Shown here one piece after another: positions 12,504-30,664 of a stretch of DNA of 64,000 nt; position 1 is the first letter of the stretch; the number at the start of each line of letters is the position of its first letter. The translations under genes were made by a program, and so were the position numbers. The stretch spans positions 186,001-250,000 of the forward strand of contig NIVC01000655.1 in the NCBI GenBank assembly GCA_002269645.1, given 5' to 3'. The stretch is from Macrostomum lignano (taxonomy: Eukaryota). The notes below the pieces were generated by a model that worked only from the letters and a program-made list of their open reading frames with translations, ran no database searches and was not told where the DNA came from.

Positions 12504-14559
12504 TTTGCAATATTGGTTGGTAAAATGGCCTGCTTCAATTGAATTGTTGGGTTGTCGGCCAGCGCATCATTGTCTATATATATAAACATGTTTCTGCCGA
12601 CGGTTTCCTATTGGTTGAGAGACAATTCTCAGAAGCAAGCCGTTGTTTGCTATTGAGGATATAACAATACAATAAATTTGGAAATGACAAATAAAAGGCA
12701 GAGACCCATAGGCGACAATAGGGTTTAAACAGGTTTGAAGTGCCTAACCAACAAGCAGCAGCACACGAGTACGTCACCAAGCCCTTCAGTGTCTGGAGTG
12801 CATTTTATTTGTACAGCTTCAGCAGTGCAAATATGACCCCCAAACCGAGGAAGCACTTTCTGGCACTTAAAACCTATTTTTCACTGTTTGAGAAATCTTT
12901 CGCAGGATCTGAACTGCATTTCGTAGTCTAAATTTAGCAACATTGAAAAGTGGCCACCCTTTGCCCCAGTGAGCAGTGTGTCTTTCGACAGCGTCTATCA
13001 CCTGGCCAACCATTTTGACATAAAAAATGCTTGAAAAAACAATGAAACTTTAATCCATCCAATACTTGCCCTCCGCTCTTCCCAATCCCTCCTCACCCAG
13101 CCCAACTCTGAGTCGCGTGGCGCGAGTTGCGTCACTCAAAAGTCAATACTGAGCTTGAGTTTACTGCGCACTCTCAAAGGTGGCGACTTTTTAACGTTGT
13201 TGAGTATGTTGTCGTAGTTTCAATTAAAACTGTTTAAAAAATGGATGGATAGTTTGATTTAGTTGATATTTGGCATAGAACTCTTCGATCTGATATATTC
13301 TGTTAATACTTGTATTGAATATTTTCATTTCATTTTGTTTCGCAAATCTACATGGATATGCCAATTTGACCATGGGCTGTGCACCGTGTGAGATACGTAT
13401 GGCTATCGACTTTCACCTTGATTAGCTAGAGTGGCCCGAAGCCTACCTGAGCAAACTACTAACCACTACAACAAATTATTGAGGATGTTGTCACAGTAAT
13501 CAGCGTAATTACGAGCTATTTAGCCACAGGGCAAATGATAATACACACGAGTCAACTGCACAATTATCGCATAATCCCCATATGCAGCAAGGTCACCGCT
13601 AGGTCATCATAATTATAATTTCATCTGTTATGCAATTATTTAGAAAGGCCACGCCTGTTTCGCACCACAGTGGCCAGAGGGATGATTTGGGAAGAGTTTC
13701 TGATGACTTAGAATACAATATTTTTGTATGATAATAATTCATACAATCCAATTAACTAATCATTATACAATATATTATTATTTTGAGTTATCTGCATAAA
13801 CAATAAACTGTATATATATATACACTACTAACTGATAAAGTAGCAACGAGTAGTATATACATACTTTCGAAGACTGCAAAGTGTGTCAAATTTTTAAATA
13901 AAAATGGCTCGTTTGGAATGGCTGCCATATATGTAATGAATAACTATATTATAGTAATAGTAATAACACAGCAGTAACTTATATTACAGGCAACTTCGAA
14001 TTAAAGGAATGGTTAATACGGCTCGTAAATCATTGAAGACTTAGGATAACCTGGAAAATGGTGCAAAAAAACAAAAAAAAACAAAAAAGCAAGCAAATTA
14101 ATAGCCAAGTGTCAAGAGAAATGTGAGCAAAGCAAAGTAAATTAGTCTGCTAGCAATAGCAACTTAAAAACAGTTTCAGTCACAGGTAATAAAATACCTT
14201 GGTCAGTAATAAGTGATATGATTTATGATCAATACTAACTGAATAGTATGAAACAATGTTTGAAATGTTATTCCAAAGTGATGAATCAATTTAATATCAC
14301 AAAAAATTTACTACACGGAAAAGACAGGAACTTTACAAATAATTTGACTTGTAGTTTAATGTATCTTGATATGAAATTATTGACTAAAATAGATATGCAA
14401 CTACATTGTTCTACTATTCTATGTTCAGTAGTATATAGCGGTATTTAAAAAGTTTCAGGCTGTATATTTTATGCTTGTGTAAATCTGACCAGGCTTTGCG
14501 GACACAGGAGCGGTAAATTCTCGTAATTAATTAAAGAACTTTAGCAACAAATAAGCTAC

Positions 14560-15040
14560 TGTCGATACATATCGGCAGTAAAATTAGTCCCAGAAAAACT
14601 AAACTATCAGTTCTAAAGCTACGAGTACACTTAAGGCTTATATCGGCAGTTAACTCAGTACGACCAACTAACAAAGCTTCTTTCGATACATATCGGCTGT
14701 TAAATCAGTTCAATTAACTCAAAAATCTTATTTCAATACATATCGGCAGTTAAATCAGTTTGATTAACTAACGAAGCTTCTTTCGATACATATCGGCAGT
14801 TAAATCAGTTTGATTAACTAACAAAGCTTCTTTCGATACATATTGAAGGTTAAACCAGTACGACGAACTAACAACTTCTTTCGATACATATCGGCAGCAA
14901 GAAAACCAGTTAATCGTAAAGAACCACATGAAATTTAAACACACCGTTAAAGTAAGAGCTGCAGTTACGTTTTGGAAAGGCCTATACAAATCAGCAGCTA
15001 CTTAAAGTGCATTGTAACTTATTTTCGATACATATCGGAA
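14560..15040. repeat. Degenerate 50-bp tandem repeat with CGATACATATCG core, just 3' of the WDR13 stop
   Basis: Exact 50-bp period at 14701-14850 (TAAATCAGTT...TTTCGATACATATCGGCAGT); further cores near 14563, 14881 and 15026. Confidence 0.85.
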
Positions 15041-15066
15041 GTGTGTTTCAAAAACAAGAAAAACTG

Positions 15067-18000
15067 CTACGCCCTACGCCAGACAATTACCAGTCCATCA
15101 GCATCTGCGCTAGCTAGCAAAGATTCATCATAATTGAAGGCCACATCAGTGACGCCGGTGGCGTGACCCTGCAGCTTATTCACTATAGGCCTAATCGGCC
15201 GTCCAACGTCGCAGATATAGACGCAGGCGTCCTCGGATGCGCACACGATGCAGGCGCCCTGACGAAACGACATCAACGGACAGAAGGCGGCTCTTGTCGG
15301 CTTGGGAACAGGCAGTCGGCAGCGCAATACGGGTAGGCTTGGCTGATTGCGGGCCGAGTCGGCTATAGAGTTTCTATGATCGCTTGATGGCTGCTCGACT
15401 TCTAGTCGGTAGAGCAAGATCTCGGAGCCGGATGTGCACACCAGTAGGCAGGGATCGCGGGCTTCGCGAGAGAGCCAACTGCGAGCCTGCGGGGATTATA
15501 TGCGATCTATGAATTGGGGTTAGTGATCCCCGATTTGGGATTAGTGATCCCTGGATTGGGATTGGTGATCTATGGATTGGGATTAGTGATTCCTGGATTG
15601 GGATTAGTGATCCCTGGATTGGGATTTGTGATCTTCTAAATTAGGATTAGTGATTCCCTGAATTGGGATTTGTGATCTCCTGAATTGGGATTTGTAATCT
15701 CCTGAATTGGGATTTGTAATCTCCTGAATTGGGATTAGTGATCCCTGGATTGGGATTTGTGATCTTCTAAATTAGGATTAGTGATTCCCTGAATTGGGAT
15801 TTGTGATCTCCTGAATTGGGATTTGTAATCTCCTGAATTGGGATTTGTAATCTCCTGAATTGGGATTTGTAATCTCCTGAATTGGGATTTGTGATCCCAG
15901 GATTGGGATTTGTGATCCCTGAATTTGGATTAGTGATCCCTGGATTGGGATTTGTGATCTCCTGAATTGGGATTTGTGATCCCAGGATTGGGATTTGTGA
16001 TCCCTGAATTGGGATTAGTGATCCCTGGATTGGGATTTGTGATCTCCTGAATTGGGATTAGTGATCCCTGGATTGGGATTTGTGATCTCCTGAATTGGGA
16101 TTAGTGATCCCTGGATTGGGATTTGTGATCTCCTGAATTGGGATTAGTGATCCCTGGATTGGGATTTGTGATCTCCTGAATTGGGATTAGTGATCCCGGA
16201 TTTGGGAATAGTGATCCCTGGATTGGGATTTGTGATCTTCTAAATTGGGATTTGTGATCTCCTGAATTGGGATTTGTGATTACTCTGAGAGTTGGGATTT
16301 TAGTACCATAATAAATTCGGCTCGTAAGTCTGAACTGAAATTAAAACGTACAACACTGGGAGTTTTAGCTGCGAGAAACTTGAGGGCCCAAAATGAGGCC
16401 AGATTTTAGGCTCATCAAGGTATATCTGACGTCAGGCTTGGGGTAATTTTTGGTCAGATTTTGGGTAATTTGAGGTCAAGCTTGGGGTCATTTGAGGTCA
16501 AGCTTTGGCTCATTAGAGGTCAAGCTTTGTTTTATCTTGGGATCAATTGAGGTCAGGCTTGGGGTCATTTGAGGTCAGGCTTGGGGTCATGTGAGGTCAG
16601 GCGTGGGGTCATGTGAGGTCAGGCTTGGGGTCATGTGAGGTCAGATAAATGCAATGGAGGTTAAGAGCTCACCTGCAACGAAGCGATAGCAGGCTGTAAA
16701 GTAATTCCGCTGTTAGGAGAGCCACCATCGCCGCCGAAGCAGCAGGAGTAGGCGGCGATGCGAGTCAACTGGCCGCTGGCCTGGTCGAGACGGCAGCGCT
16801 GCAGGCAGCCGTTTGAGTCGCCGAGCCACAGCTGGCCGCCAGGATCGGAGACGGACTCGCAGCCGAATGCCAGGCAGGTGACGGGGGCGGAGAGACGCAG
16901 AGAGGACTGACAGAGTCCGGTGCTCAGGTTGACGCTGCGGAGTTGGCCTACAAATTGGGGTTGAGTTGTACGCAATTAGAAGTAAAAGTAAATGCTGCCT
17001 GTTCCAGAACTTTCCAAATTCTGAAATCCAATTCCCTAAATTTTGAAATCCCATTCCCTAAATTCTGAAATCCCATATCTTAAATTCTGAAATCCCATTT
17101 CTTAAATTCTGAAATCCCATTTCTTAAATTCTGAAATCCTATTTCTTAAATTTTGAAATCCCATTTCTTAAATTCTGAAATCCCATTTCTTAATCTCTGA
17201 AATCCCATTTCTTGAAGTCTAAAATCCCATTTCTTAAATTCTGAAATTCCATTCCCTAAATTCTGAAATCCCATTCCCTAAATTCTAAAATCCAATTTCT
17301 TAAATTCTGAAATTCCATTTCTTGAATTCTGAAATCCCATTTCTTAAATTCTGAAATCCCATTTCTTAATTTTAAAATCCCATTTCTCAATCTGTAAAAT
17401 CCTATTTCTTAAATTCTGAAGTCCCATTTCTTAAATTCTGAAATCCCATTTCTTAAATTCTGAAATCCCATTTCTTAATTTTAAAATCCCATTTCTCAAT
17501 TTGTAAAATCCCATTTCTTAAATTCTGAAATCCCATTTCTTAATTTTAAAATCCCATTTCTCAATTTGTAAAATCCCATTTCTTAAATTCTGAAATCCCA
17601 TTTCTTAAATTCTAAAATCCCATTTCTTAAATTCTGAAATTCCATTTCTTGAATTCTGAAATTCCATTTCTTAAATTCTGAAGTCCCATTTCTTGAATTC
17701 TGAAATCCCATTTCTTAAATTCTGAAATCCCATTTCTTAAATTCTAAAATCCAATTTCTTAAATTTTGAAATTCCATTTCTTGAATTCTGAAATCCCATT
17801 TCTTAAATTCTGAAATCCCATTTCTTAATTCTAAAATCCCATTTCTCAATTTGTAAAATCCTATTTCTTAAATTCTGATATTCCATTTCTTGAATTCTGA
17901 AATCCCATTTCTTAAATTCTGAAATCCCATTTCTTAATTCTAAAATCCCATTTCTCAATTTGTAAAATCCCATTTCTTAAATTCTGATATTCCATTTCTT

Positions 18001-19801
18001 GAATTCTGAAATCCCATTTCTTAAATTCTGAAATCCCATTTCTTAATCTCTGAAATCCCATTTCTTGAAGTCTAAAATCCCATTTCTTAAATTCTGAAAT
18101 TCCATTCCCTAAATTCTGAAATCCCATTCCCTAAATTCTAAAATCCAATTTCTTAAATTCTGAAATTCCATTTCTTGAATTCTGAAATCCCATTTCTTAA
18201 ATTCTGAAATCCCATTTCTTAATTTTAAAATCCCATTTCTCAATCTGTAAAATCCTATTTCTTAAATTCTGAAGTCCCATTTCTTAAATTCTGAAATCCC
18301 ATTTCTTAAATTCTGAAATCCCATTTCTTAATTTTAAAATCCCATTTCTCAATTTGTAAAATCCCATTTCTTAAATTCTGAAATCCCATTTCTTAATTTT
18401 AAAATCCCATTTCTCAATTTGTAAAATCCCATTTCTTAAATTCTGAAATCCCATTTCTTAAATTCTAAAATCCCATTTCTTAAATTCTGAAATTCCATTT
18501 CTTGAATTCTGAAATTCCATTTCTTAAATTCTGAAGTCCCATTTCTTGAATTCTGAAATCCCATTTCTTAAATTCTGAAATCCCATTTCTTAAATTCTAA
18601 AATCCAATTTCTTAAATTTTGAAATTCCATTTCTTGAATTCTGAAATCCCATTTCTTAAATTCTGAAATCCCATTTCTTAATTCTAAAATCCCATTTCTC
18701 AATTTGTAAAATCCTATTTCTTAAATTCTGATATTCCATTTCTTGAATTCTGAAATCCCATTTCTTAAATTCTGAAATCCCATTTCTTAAATTCTGAAGT
18801 CCCATTTCTTGAATTCTGAAATCCCATTTCTTAAATTCTGAAATCCCATTCCCTAAATTCTAAAATCCCATTTCTTAAATTCTAAAATCCCATTTCTTAA
18901 ATTCTGAAATCCCATTTCTTAAATTCTAAAATCCCATTTCTTGAATTCTGAAATTCCATTTCTTAAATTCTGAAATCTCATTTCTTGAATTCTGAAATCC
19001 CATTTCTTAATTTGTAAAATCCTATTTCTTAAATTCTGAAATCCCATTTCTTGAATTCTGAAATCCCATTCCTTGAATCCTGAAATCCCATTTTCTAAAT
19101 AATTAACTTCTTTCCCAAATTCAGGACGGGTGCCGGCCCTAAACAATTGCAGCAGCGCACGCACCTTTCGCATGGCTAGAGCAGCAGCCGCCAAGCACAA
19201 ACATATTATTATTAGACGGGGCGAATTCGGCAGCATTGATAGCCGGCAGTTTCTCCGCAACACCATCGCCCTCAGCAACCGGGAATTGGCGGAGCAATCG
19301 CTTGGACTTTAATTGGTCTTCATCCTCGCCGATAAGATTTTTATCGTCGCCAATTTGCCAGACTCTCGCTGCGCCGTCCAGAGAAGCGGTCAACAGCAGA
19401 CAGTTGTCGGTGCTCCAGGCTAGACTAGCAATGGGTCCGACGTGTCCAGGCAGCTGACAGACCAGCTGACAGGCACCCGCGGACACCAGCGATACGGACA
19501 CGGAGCCATCCATCGAGCCGACTGCCAGCCTCTCCGAATCGTTGTTAGCAAACCGCAGCCTGGTAGCGCCTCTACAGGTAGCAGACGATTTCAAATTGCT
19601 GCCAACGTGCCGATCGATGACGCAAGCGAAGCCGGCAAAGGCGTACTGCTCGGCCGTGCTGGTGTTGCCGGCCAGTGCTCGGCTGGCTTCGGCCAGTCTA
19701 GTTGGCACCAGACCGGCGCCTGCGGCGTCCACTAGGCGCCGACGCGAAGCGCTAGACGCTGCGCCGCCCAACGGGGCGCCGTCGGCTAAATCGGCGTCCA
19801 T
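15067..19801 (-). CDS. WDR13: WD repeat-containing protein 13 homolog; 3 confident exons (443 aa from ATG 19801), N-terminus probably extends upstream
   Basis: Exons 19801-19165, 16947-16673, 15486-15067 with GT-AG junctions in frame (1332 nt). WDR13-diagnostic stretches: EASRALAGNT..YAFAG, RLRFANND, ARSWLSREARDP, FCPLMSFRQGAC, VNKLQGH, FNYDESLLAS..G.VIVWRR. Confidence 0.92.
15515..16300. repeat. 21/22-bp minisatellite in WDR13 intron 2 (GAATTGGGATTTGTGATCTCCT / GATTGGGATTAGTGATCCCTG)
   Basis: Period 22 measured at 15661/15683; alternates with a 21-bp variant. Confidence 0.95.
16420..16645. repeat. 22-bp minisatellite in WDR13 intron 2 (GAGGTCAGGCTTGGGGTCATTT)
   Basis: Period 22 at 16571/16593. 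Confidence 0.9.
17010..19100. repeat. 22-bp minisatellite filling WDR13 intron 1 (AAATTCTGAAATCCCATTTCTT, about 95 units)
   Basis: Period 22 at 17101/17123; contains higher-order duplicated blocks. Confidence 0.97.
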
Positions 19802-19989
19802 TGTTGGTCTATGGCCTATGGAGAGTTAGTGGATGATCAGTTATAGTCATTCAGATATAATTGAGGTGAGTCTTTAGGTCATTTAAGGTCGGAGCAAAGC
19901 TTAAGGGCCACCTGACGACTTGATGTTATTTGTTTTAGGGTGTTTGTGGCTAGGCTCTTGCACTCTAACAGTGCAGAATGAGGATTTGA

Positions 19990-21025
19990 GGATCTGTGAG
20001 GCTGGCTCAGCAACTGACACTCTGGGAGGCTGGCCCAGAAACTGAGGATCTGGGAGGCTGGCCCAGCAACTGAGGATCTGGGAGGCTGGCCCAGCAACTG
20101 AGGATCTGGGAGGCTGGCCCAGCAACTGAGGATCTGGGAGGCTGGCCCAGAAACTGAGGATCTGTGAGGCTGGCTCAGCAACTGACACTCTGGGAGGCTG
20201 GCCCAGAAATTGAGGATCTGGGAGGCTGGCCCAGAAACTGAGGATCTGGGAGGCTGGCCCAGCAACTGAGGATCTGAGAGGCTGGCCCTGCAACTGAGGA
20301 TCTGGGAGGCTGGCCCAGCAACTGAGGATCTGGGAGGCTGGCCCAGCAACTGAGGATTTGGGAGGCTGGCCCTGCAACTGAGGATCTGGGAGGCTGGCCC
20401 AGCAACTGAGGATCTGGGAGGCTGGCCCAGCAACTGCGGATCTGGGAGGCTGGCCCAGCAACTGAGGATCTGGGAGGCTGGCCCAGCAACTGACACTCTG
20501 GGAGGCTGGCCCAGCAACTGAGGATCTGGGAGGCTGGCCCAGAAACTGAGGATCTGGGAGGCTGGCTCAGCAACTGGGGATCTGGGAGGCTGGCCCAGAA
20601 ACTGAGGATCTGGGAGGCTGGCTCAGCAACTGGGGATCTGGGAGGCTGGCCCAGAAACTGAGGATCTGGGAGGCTGGCCCAGAAACTGAGGATCTGGGAG
20701 GCTGGCCCAGCAACTGAGGATCTGGGAGGCTGGCCCAGAAACTGAGGATCTGGGAGGCTGGCTCAGCAACTGAGGATCTGGGAGGCTGGCCCAGAAACTG
20801 AGGATCTGGGAGGCTGGCTCAGCAACTGGGGATCTGGGAGGCTGGCCCAGCAACTGAGGATCTGGTAGGCTGGCCCTGCAACAGAGGATCTGGGAGGCTT
20901 GCCCTGCAACAGAGGATCTGGGAGGCTTGCCTTGCAACAGAGGATCTGGGAGGCTTGCCCTGCAACTGAGGATCTGGGAGGCTTGCCCTGCAACTGACAC
21001 TCTGGGAGGCTTGCCCTGCAACTGA
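19990..21025. repeat. 28-bp minisatellite (CAACTGAGGATCTGGGAGGCTGGCCCAG), block 1
   Basis: Period 28 at 20041/20069; source of the many LGQPPRSS ORFs. Confidence 0.95.
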
Positions 21026-21814
21026 GGTAAGATAAAGGGTTATTTTTGGTTAGATTCGGTGTCATTTGATGACAGATTGTAGGGTTATTTGAGGTCAGGA
21101 TCGCGGTTATCTAAGGTTAGTTTTAAGGTATATGAGGTCACATTCGGGGTGATTTAGTTCTTGATTGGTTCAGTCTTAAGGCCTAAAGTCTCCTAAGCTA
21201 GGGTGAGGTTAAAGAAGTAGTTTGTAGTCAGCCTTAGCTGTCGTTTGAGTTCCGACTTCACGGGTCATTAGAGTTGAGGCATAAGGGTCATTTGAGCATA
21301 AGGAACATTTAAGGTCAAGCTTGGTATTACTTAAGTTACGGTTGGGGTCATTATAAGTTAAATTTGATGTCATCTGAGGTTTAGTCTAAAAAGCGATCAT
21401 TAAAACTTACAGACTGATCGATACTCGCTGACGATGACAACACGGTCACGGACGGAATAGCAAATTTCTGTTATATGACAGCTACACCAATAGAAAAGGG
21501 TGCTCGTGATTCAGGCTGTCAAGCAACCGCTGACGCCTTCGTCGCCATATTAGCCGGTGTGATCGGCTTGGCGCCTGGAACATCATTTGGCAGCGTTTAA
21601 TTAATAATAACGACGATACGCTAATCGCACTACCAGCAAGTAGAAAAAACTGACTTTTCGGCTATTGCTATTTTTAGCATATCTACTAAAAATTTGTTGA
21701 TCTAGTCATTTACTTCTCAAACTAAAGCGCTTTGAAATCATGAATGTAAAATGGCGGTAGTCTAATGACTTCTTTAGAGCAATTCTGAACGCACCAATTA
21801 GATCTGAGTGGCAA

Positions 21815-22415
21815 CCAGTGAGGCTGGTCCAGCAACTGGGGATCTGGGAGACTGGCCCAGCAACTGGGGATCTGGGAGGCTGGCTCAGCAACCGGGGATC
21901 TGGGAGGCTGGCCCAGCAACTGAGGATCTGGGAGGCTGGCCCAACAACTGGGGATTTGGGAGGCTGACCTAGAAACTGAGGATCTGGGAGGCTTGCCCAG
22001 CAACTGACACTCTGGGAGGCTGGCCCAGCAACTGACACTCTGGGAGGCTGGCCCAGCAACTGAGGATCTGGGAGGCTGGCCCAGCAACTGAGGATCTGGG
22101 AGGCTGGCCCAGCAACTGAGGATCAGGGAGGCTGGCCCAACAACTGGGGATTTGGGAGGCTGACCTAGAAACTGAGGATCTGGGAGGCTGGCAGCCCAGC
22201 AACTGAGGATCTGTGAGGCTGGCAGACCAGCAACAGGGGATCTGGGAGGCTGGCCCAGCAACAAGGGATTTGGGACGCTGGCCCAGCAGATAAGGATTTT
22301 GAAGGACGGCACAGCAACTGAGGATCTGGGAGGCTGGCCCAGCAACAAGGGATTTGGGACGCTGACCCAGCAGATAAGGATTTTGAAGGACGACCCAGCA
22401 ACTGAGGATCTGGGA
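21815..22415. repeat. 28-bp minisatellite, block 2 (same family as 19990-21025)
   Basis: Same unit, more degenerate toward 22400. Confidence 0.93.
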
Positions 22416-23399
22416 GTGTAGGAATGCCGAGCAACTTGAAAATGAAGAATTTCCTACCAAGAAATCCCTCATAAGCCCATAAACACCCTGATGTTAATAC
22501 AAACTAGCCGAACTCCCTAACGGTGAAACAGCAGTTTGTCAAGCGCATAGCGATCGTATTGCACAGAAGATGCATGTGCCTGCAGCTCAATAAATTTATA
22601 TTTTAAATAGAAATGCATCACGGCATAGCAGATTCAAGTTCGTGTGCGAATAATTGCAGTTCTTAAGTCTCAATTGATGCAGCAAAATGCAGACGCTGCT
22701 CAGCCGCCTTCATCACCAACTGTATGTCTGACCCTAAAAACAACTTCAGAAAAGAAACTGGACCTAAAAAATCCCCTGAAACGGTTTTCGGGAAACGGGG
22801 TGGGGAAGTTGAAATAAATTTCCGAGGAATTTTTTTCAGCTCATAATCATCAATAATACTAACAGTAATATCAATGATTGCGCACGTACTTTTCGGTGTC
22901 GCAAAAATCCGCCAAACTGAAAACCCTAAATTATTGATTAGAAAGAAGTGAAGATCCAGTCGCATCTGCCAGAAGACCACTGGAGACAATCGACGAAGAG
23001 AAGCGCTTTGCCCACCGCACAGTCTAAAAGAAAACCTAAAAAAAAAGATCTGGCTAAATAAAAAAACTGCTCAGGCCGCCGCCTAAAAGTTCGGCTGAAA
23101 TAAGTAAAAAAGGCAACAAGTTATTTGCTTTGCATGGCCAGTTGTGCCTTCATTACGACTTGTGTTGATAAAAATTGAAGTTTTAATATAGCAATGTGGG
23201 GGCACTAAATATTGATTTCTATATTTTTGTTGCAGCCTGCAGGGTGTCATTGGTTAATAATAATTAATGCGCCTTTGAAAACTTCAACAGGGGATGAACA
23301 GGTCTGTATTTATGGTAGAGTGATGATGCTTGCTGGGACTGCATCAAGGAGAGGCATTCTTCATCAAATAGAGAATAGTGGAAGAGGAGAGGGCAGATC

Positions 23400-23850
23400 G
23401 TGAAAGAAGAGGGAGAGGGAGAGAGGAGAAGAGAGAGAGAGAGAGGAAAAGAGAAGAGGGAGAAGGGAGAGTGGAGAGAGGAGGGTAGACGGGGAGAGAA
23501 GGGGAGAGGAGAGGAAAGGAGAGGGAGAGACGAGGGTAGAGGGGGAGAGAAGGGGAGAGAGGAGGGTAGACGAGGAGAGAAGGGGAGAGAGGAGGGTAGA
23601 GGGGGAGAGAAGGGGAGAGAGGAGAGGAAGAGAAGAGGGAGAGAGGAGGGTAGACGGGAGAGAAGGGGAGAGGAGAGGAAGAGAAGAGGGAGAGAGGAGG
23701 GTAGACGGGAGAGAAGGGGAAAGAGGAGAGGAAGAGAAGAGGGAGAGAGGAGGGTAGACGGGGAGAGAAGGGGAGAGAGGAGAGGAAAAGGGGAGGGAGA
23801 AAGGAGAGTTGAGAGAGGAAGGTGGATGGGGAGAGAAGGGGAGAGAAGAG
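23400..23850. repeat. G/A-rich low-complexity polypurine tract
   Basis: Almost only G and A on the + strand, with internal 22-35 bp duplications. Confidence 0.9.
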
Positions 23851-24554
23851 CATAGGAAAGCACGAGACAGGTGCCAAAGGCCGCAATAGAGAAGGCTGCT
23901 GCAATGTGACTCTCCCTAAAACAATGAGACGGAGAGGCTGCACAGCAGGATCAATAATTAATTAACCGGCCGACATTGACAGATCCACACCTGTGCCTGG
24001 GGGAGGGAAGAGAAAAGATAAGAGACATACCTAAGCGAGAATGCTTCTATTGCAAACAAAGAGGAGCATGACAGACCTGAACCGGAAGCGGCAAAGAATG
24101 CACTTCAATCGAACAGTGCTGCTGTTACCTAGTCTGAAAACAGCAACTTGAACCAATATTAAATAGGAACTGCGGAATTACTGTTATCGCATACGCAAGA
24201 ACAGACTTATCGAGAGGAAAATTCAACATTCGTAGCAAATTAAATAAGAATAAAAAAGCTTAAATTACTACTCGACACGAGGGATGAGTACAGTATAACA
24301 ATTTTTTTTGTGAAATTACGCTTACACAAGAAGACACACATGAATTAAAAACAGGATTACTTAGAAAATTCAATGCATAAATCCCTATTTTAGTGAATAT
24401 TGATAATAGTATTAATAACAATGAATAAGCTGCTTAGCAAAGCCAAGCATGCCAGCTCCTAAATAGCAGAGACAACAAATAACAATGACAAAAATTAAAC
24501 ACAAGACACAATTTACAGAGTGCTGCGGCTGCATATGGGGAAGGCGGCCTAGGA

Positions 24555-25690
24555 TCCCAACAGAGTCCCAACATCTCAGACCTTCAGTCCCAACATCTCA
24601 GACCTTCAGTCCCAACATCTCAGACCTTCAGTCCCAACATCTCAGACCTTCAGTCCCAACATCTCACACCCTCAGTCCCAACATTCCAGATCTTGAGTCC
24701 CAACATTCCAGATCTTGAGTCCCATCATTTCAGACTTTCTGTCCCAACATTCCAGATCTTGAGTCCCAACATCTCAGACCTTCAGTCCCAACATTCCAGA
24801 TCTTGAGTCCCAACATTCCAGAACTTGAGTCCCAACATTCCAGATCTTGAGTCCCAACATTCTAGATCTTGAGTCCCATCATTTCAGACCTTCAGTCCCA
24901 ACATTCCAGATCTTGAGTCCCAACATCTCAGACCTTCAGTCCCAACATTCCAGATCTTGAGTCCCAACATTCCAGAACTTGAGTCCCAACATTCCAGATC
25001 TTGAGTCCCAACATTCTAGATCTTGAGTCCCATCATTTCAGACCTTCAGTCCCAACATTCCAGATCTCAAGTCCCATCATTTCAGGTTTTAAGTCCCAAC
25101 ATTCCAGATCTTGAGTCCCAACATTTCAGATCTTGAGTCCCAACATTCCAGAACTTGAGTCCCAACATTCCAGAACTTGAGTCCCAACATTCCAGATCTT
25201 GAGTCCCAACATTCTAGATCTTGAGTCCCATCATTTCAGACCTTCAGTCCCAACATTCCAGATCTCAAGTCCCATCCTTTCAGGTTTTAAGTCCCAACAT
25301 TCCAGATCTTGAGTCCCAACATTCCAGATCTTGAGTCCCAACATTCCAGAACTTGAGTCCCAACATTCTAGATCTTTAGTCCCAACATTCTAGATCTTGA
25401 GTCCCAACATCAGATCTCAAGTCCTAACATTCTAGATCTCAAGTCCCAACATTCTAGATCTTGAGTCCCAACATCAGATCTCAAGTCCTAACATTCTAGA
25501 TCTCAAGCCCCAACATTCTAGATCTTGAGTCCCAACATCAGATCTTAAGTCCCAACATTCTAGATCTCAAGTCCAACATTCTAGATCTTAAGTCTCAAAA
25601 TTCTAGATCTCAAGTCCAAACATCAGATTTCAAGTCCCATCATTGGAGGTTTTAATTCCAAAATTTTAGATTTCGAGTCCCAACATCCTG
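24555..25690. repeat. 22-bp minisatellite downstream of U2AF65 (AGTCCCAACATTCCAGATCTTG)
   Basis: Period 22 at 24601/24623. Confidence 0.95.
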
Positions 25691-25871
25691 GATCCACTGG
25701 GTATTAAAATCCCATACTATAGGACTTTAAAGACAGACCTTGAGTCCAAATATCCCAGCAACAGATGCTCACACGTCAGCTAAAAAAAGACAAGCAATAA
25801 ACTATGTAAGCTGAGCCACCGGCGGGCAATGCGAGCAGACAAGAGGAGAGACGGGTAGCCGGCTTATATTT

Positions 25872-30664
<4,793 letters not shown>

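Noticed and set aside
14560-15040. CRISPR-like appearance (palindromic repeat with intervening sequence)
   Set aside because: The intervening sequences are homologous to each other rather than unique spacers; eukaryotic context; no cas genes.
19879-22472. Multiple overlapping LGQPPRSS ORFs
   Set aside because: Products of a 28-bp array cycling through frames; no coding signature.
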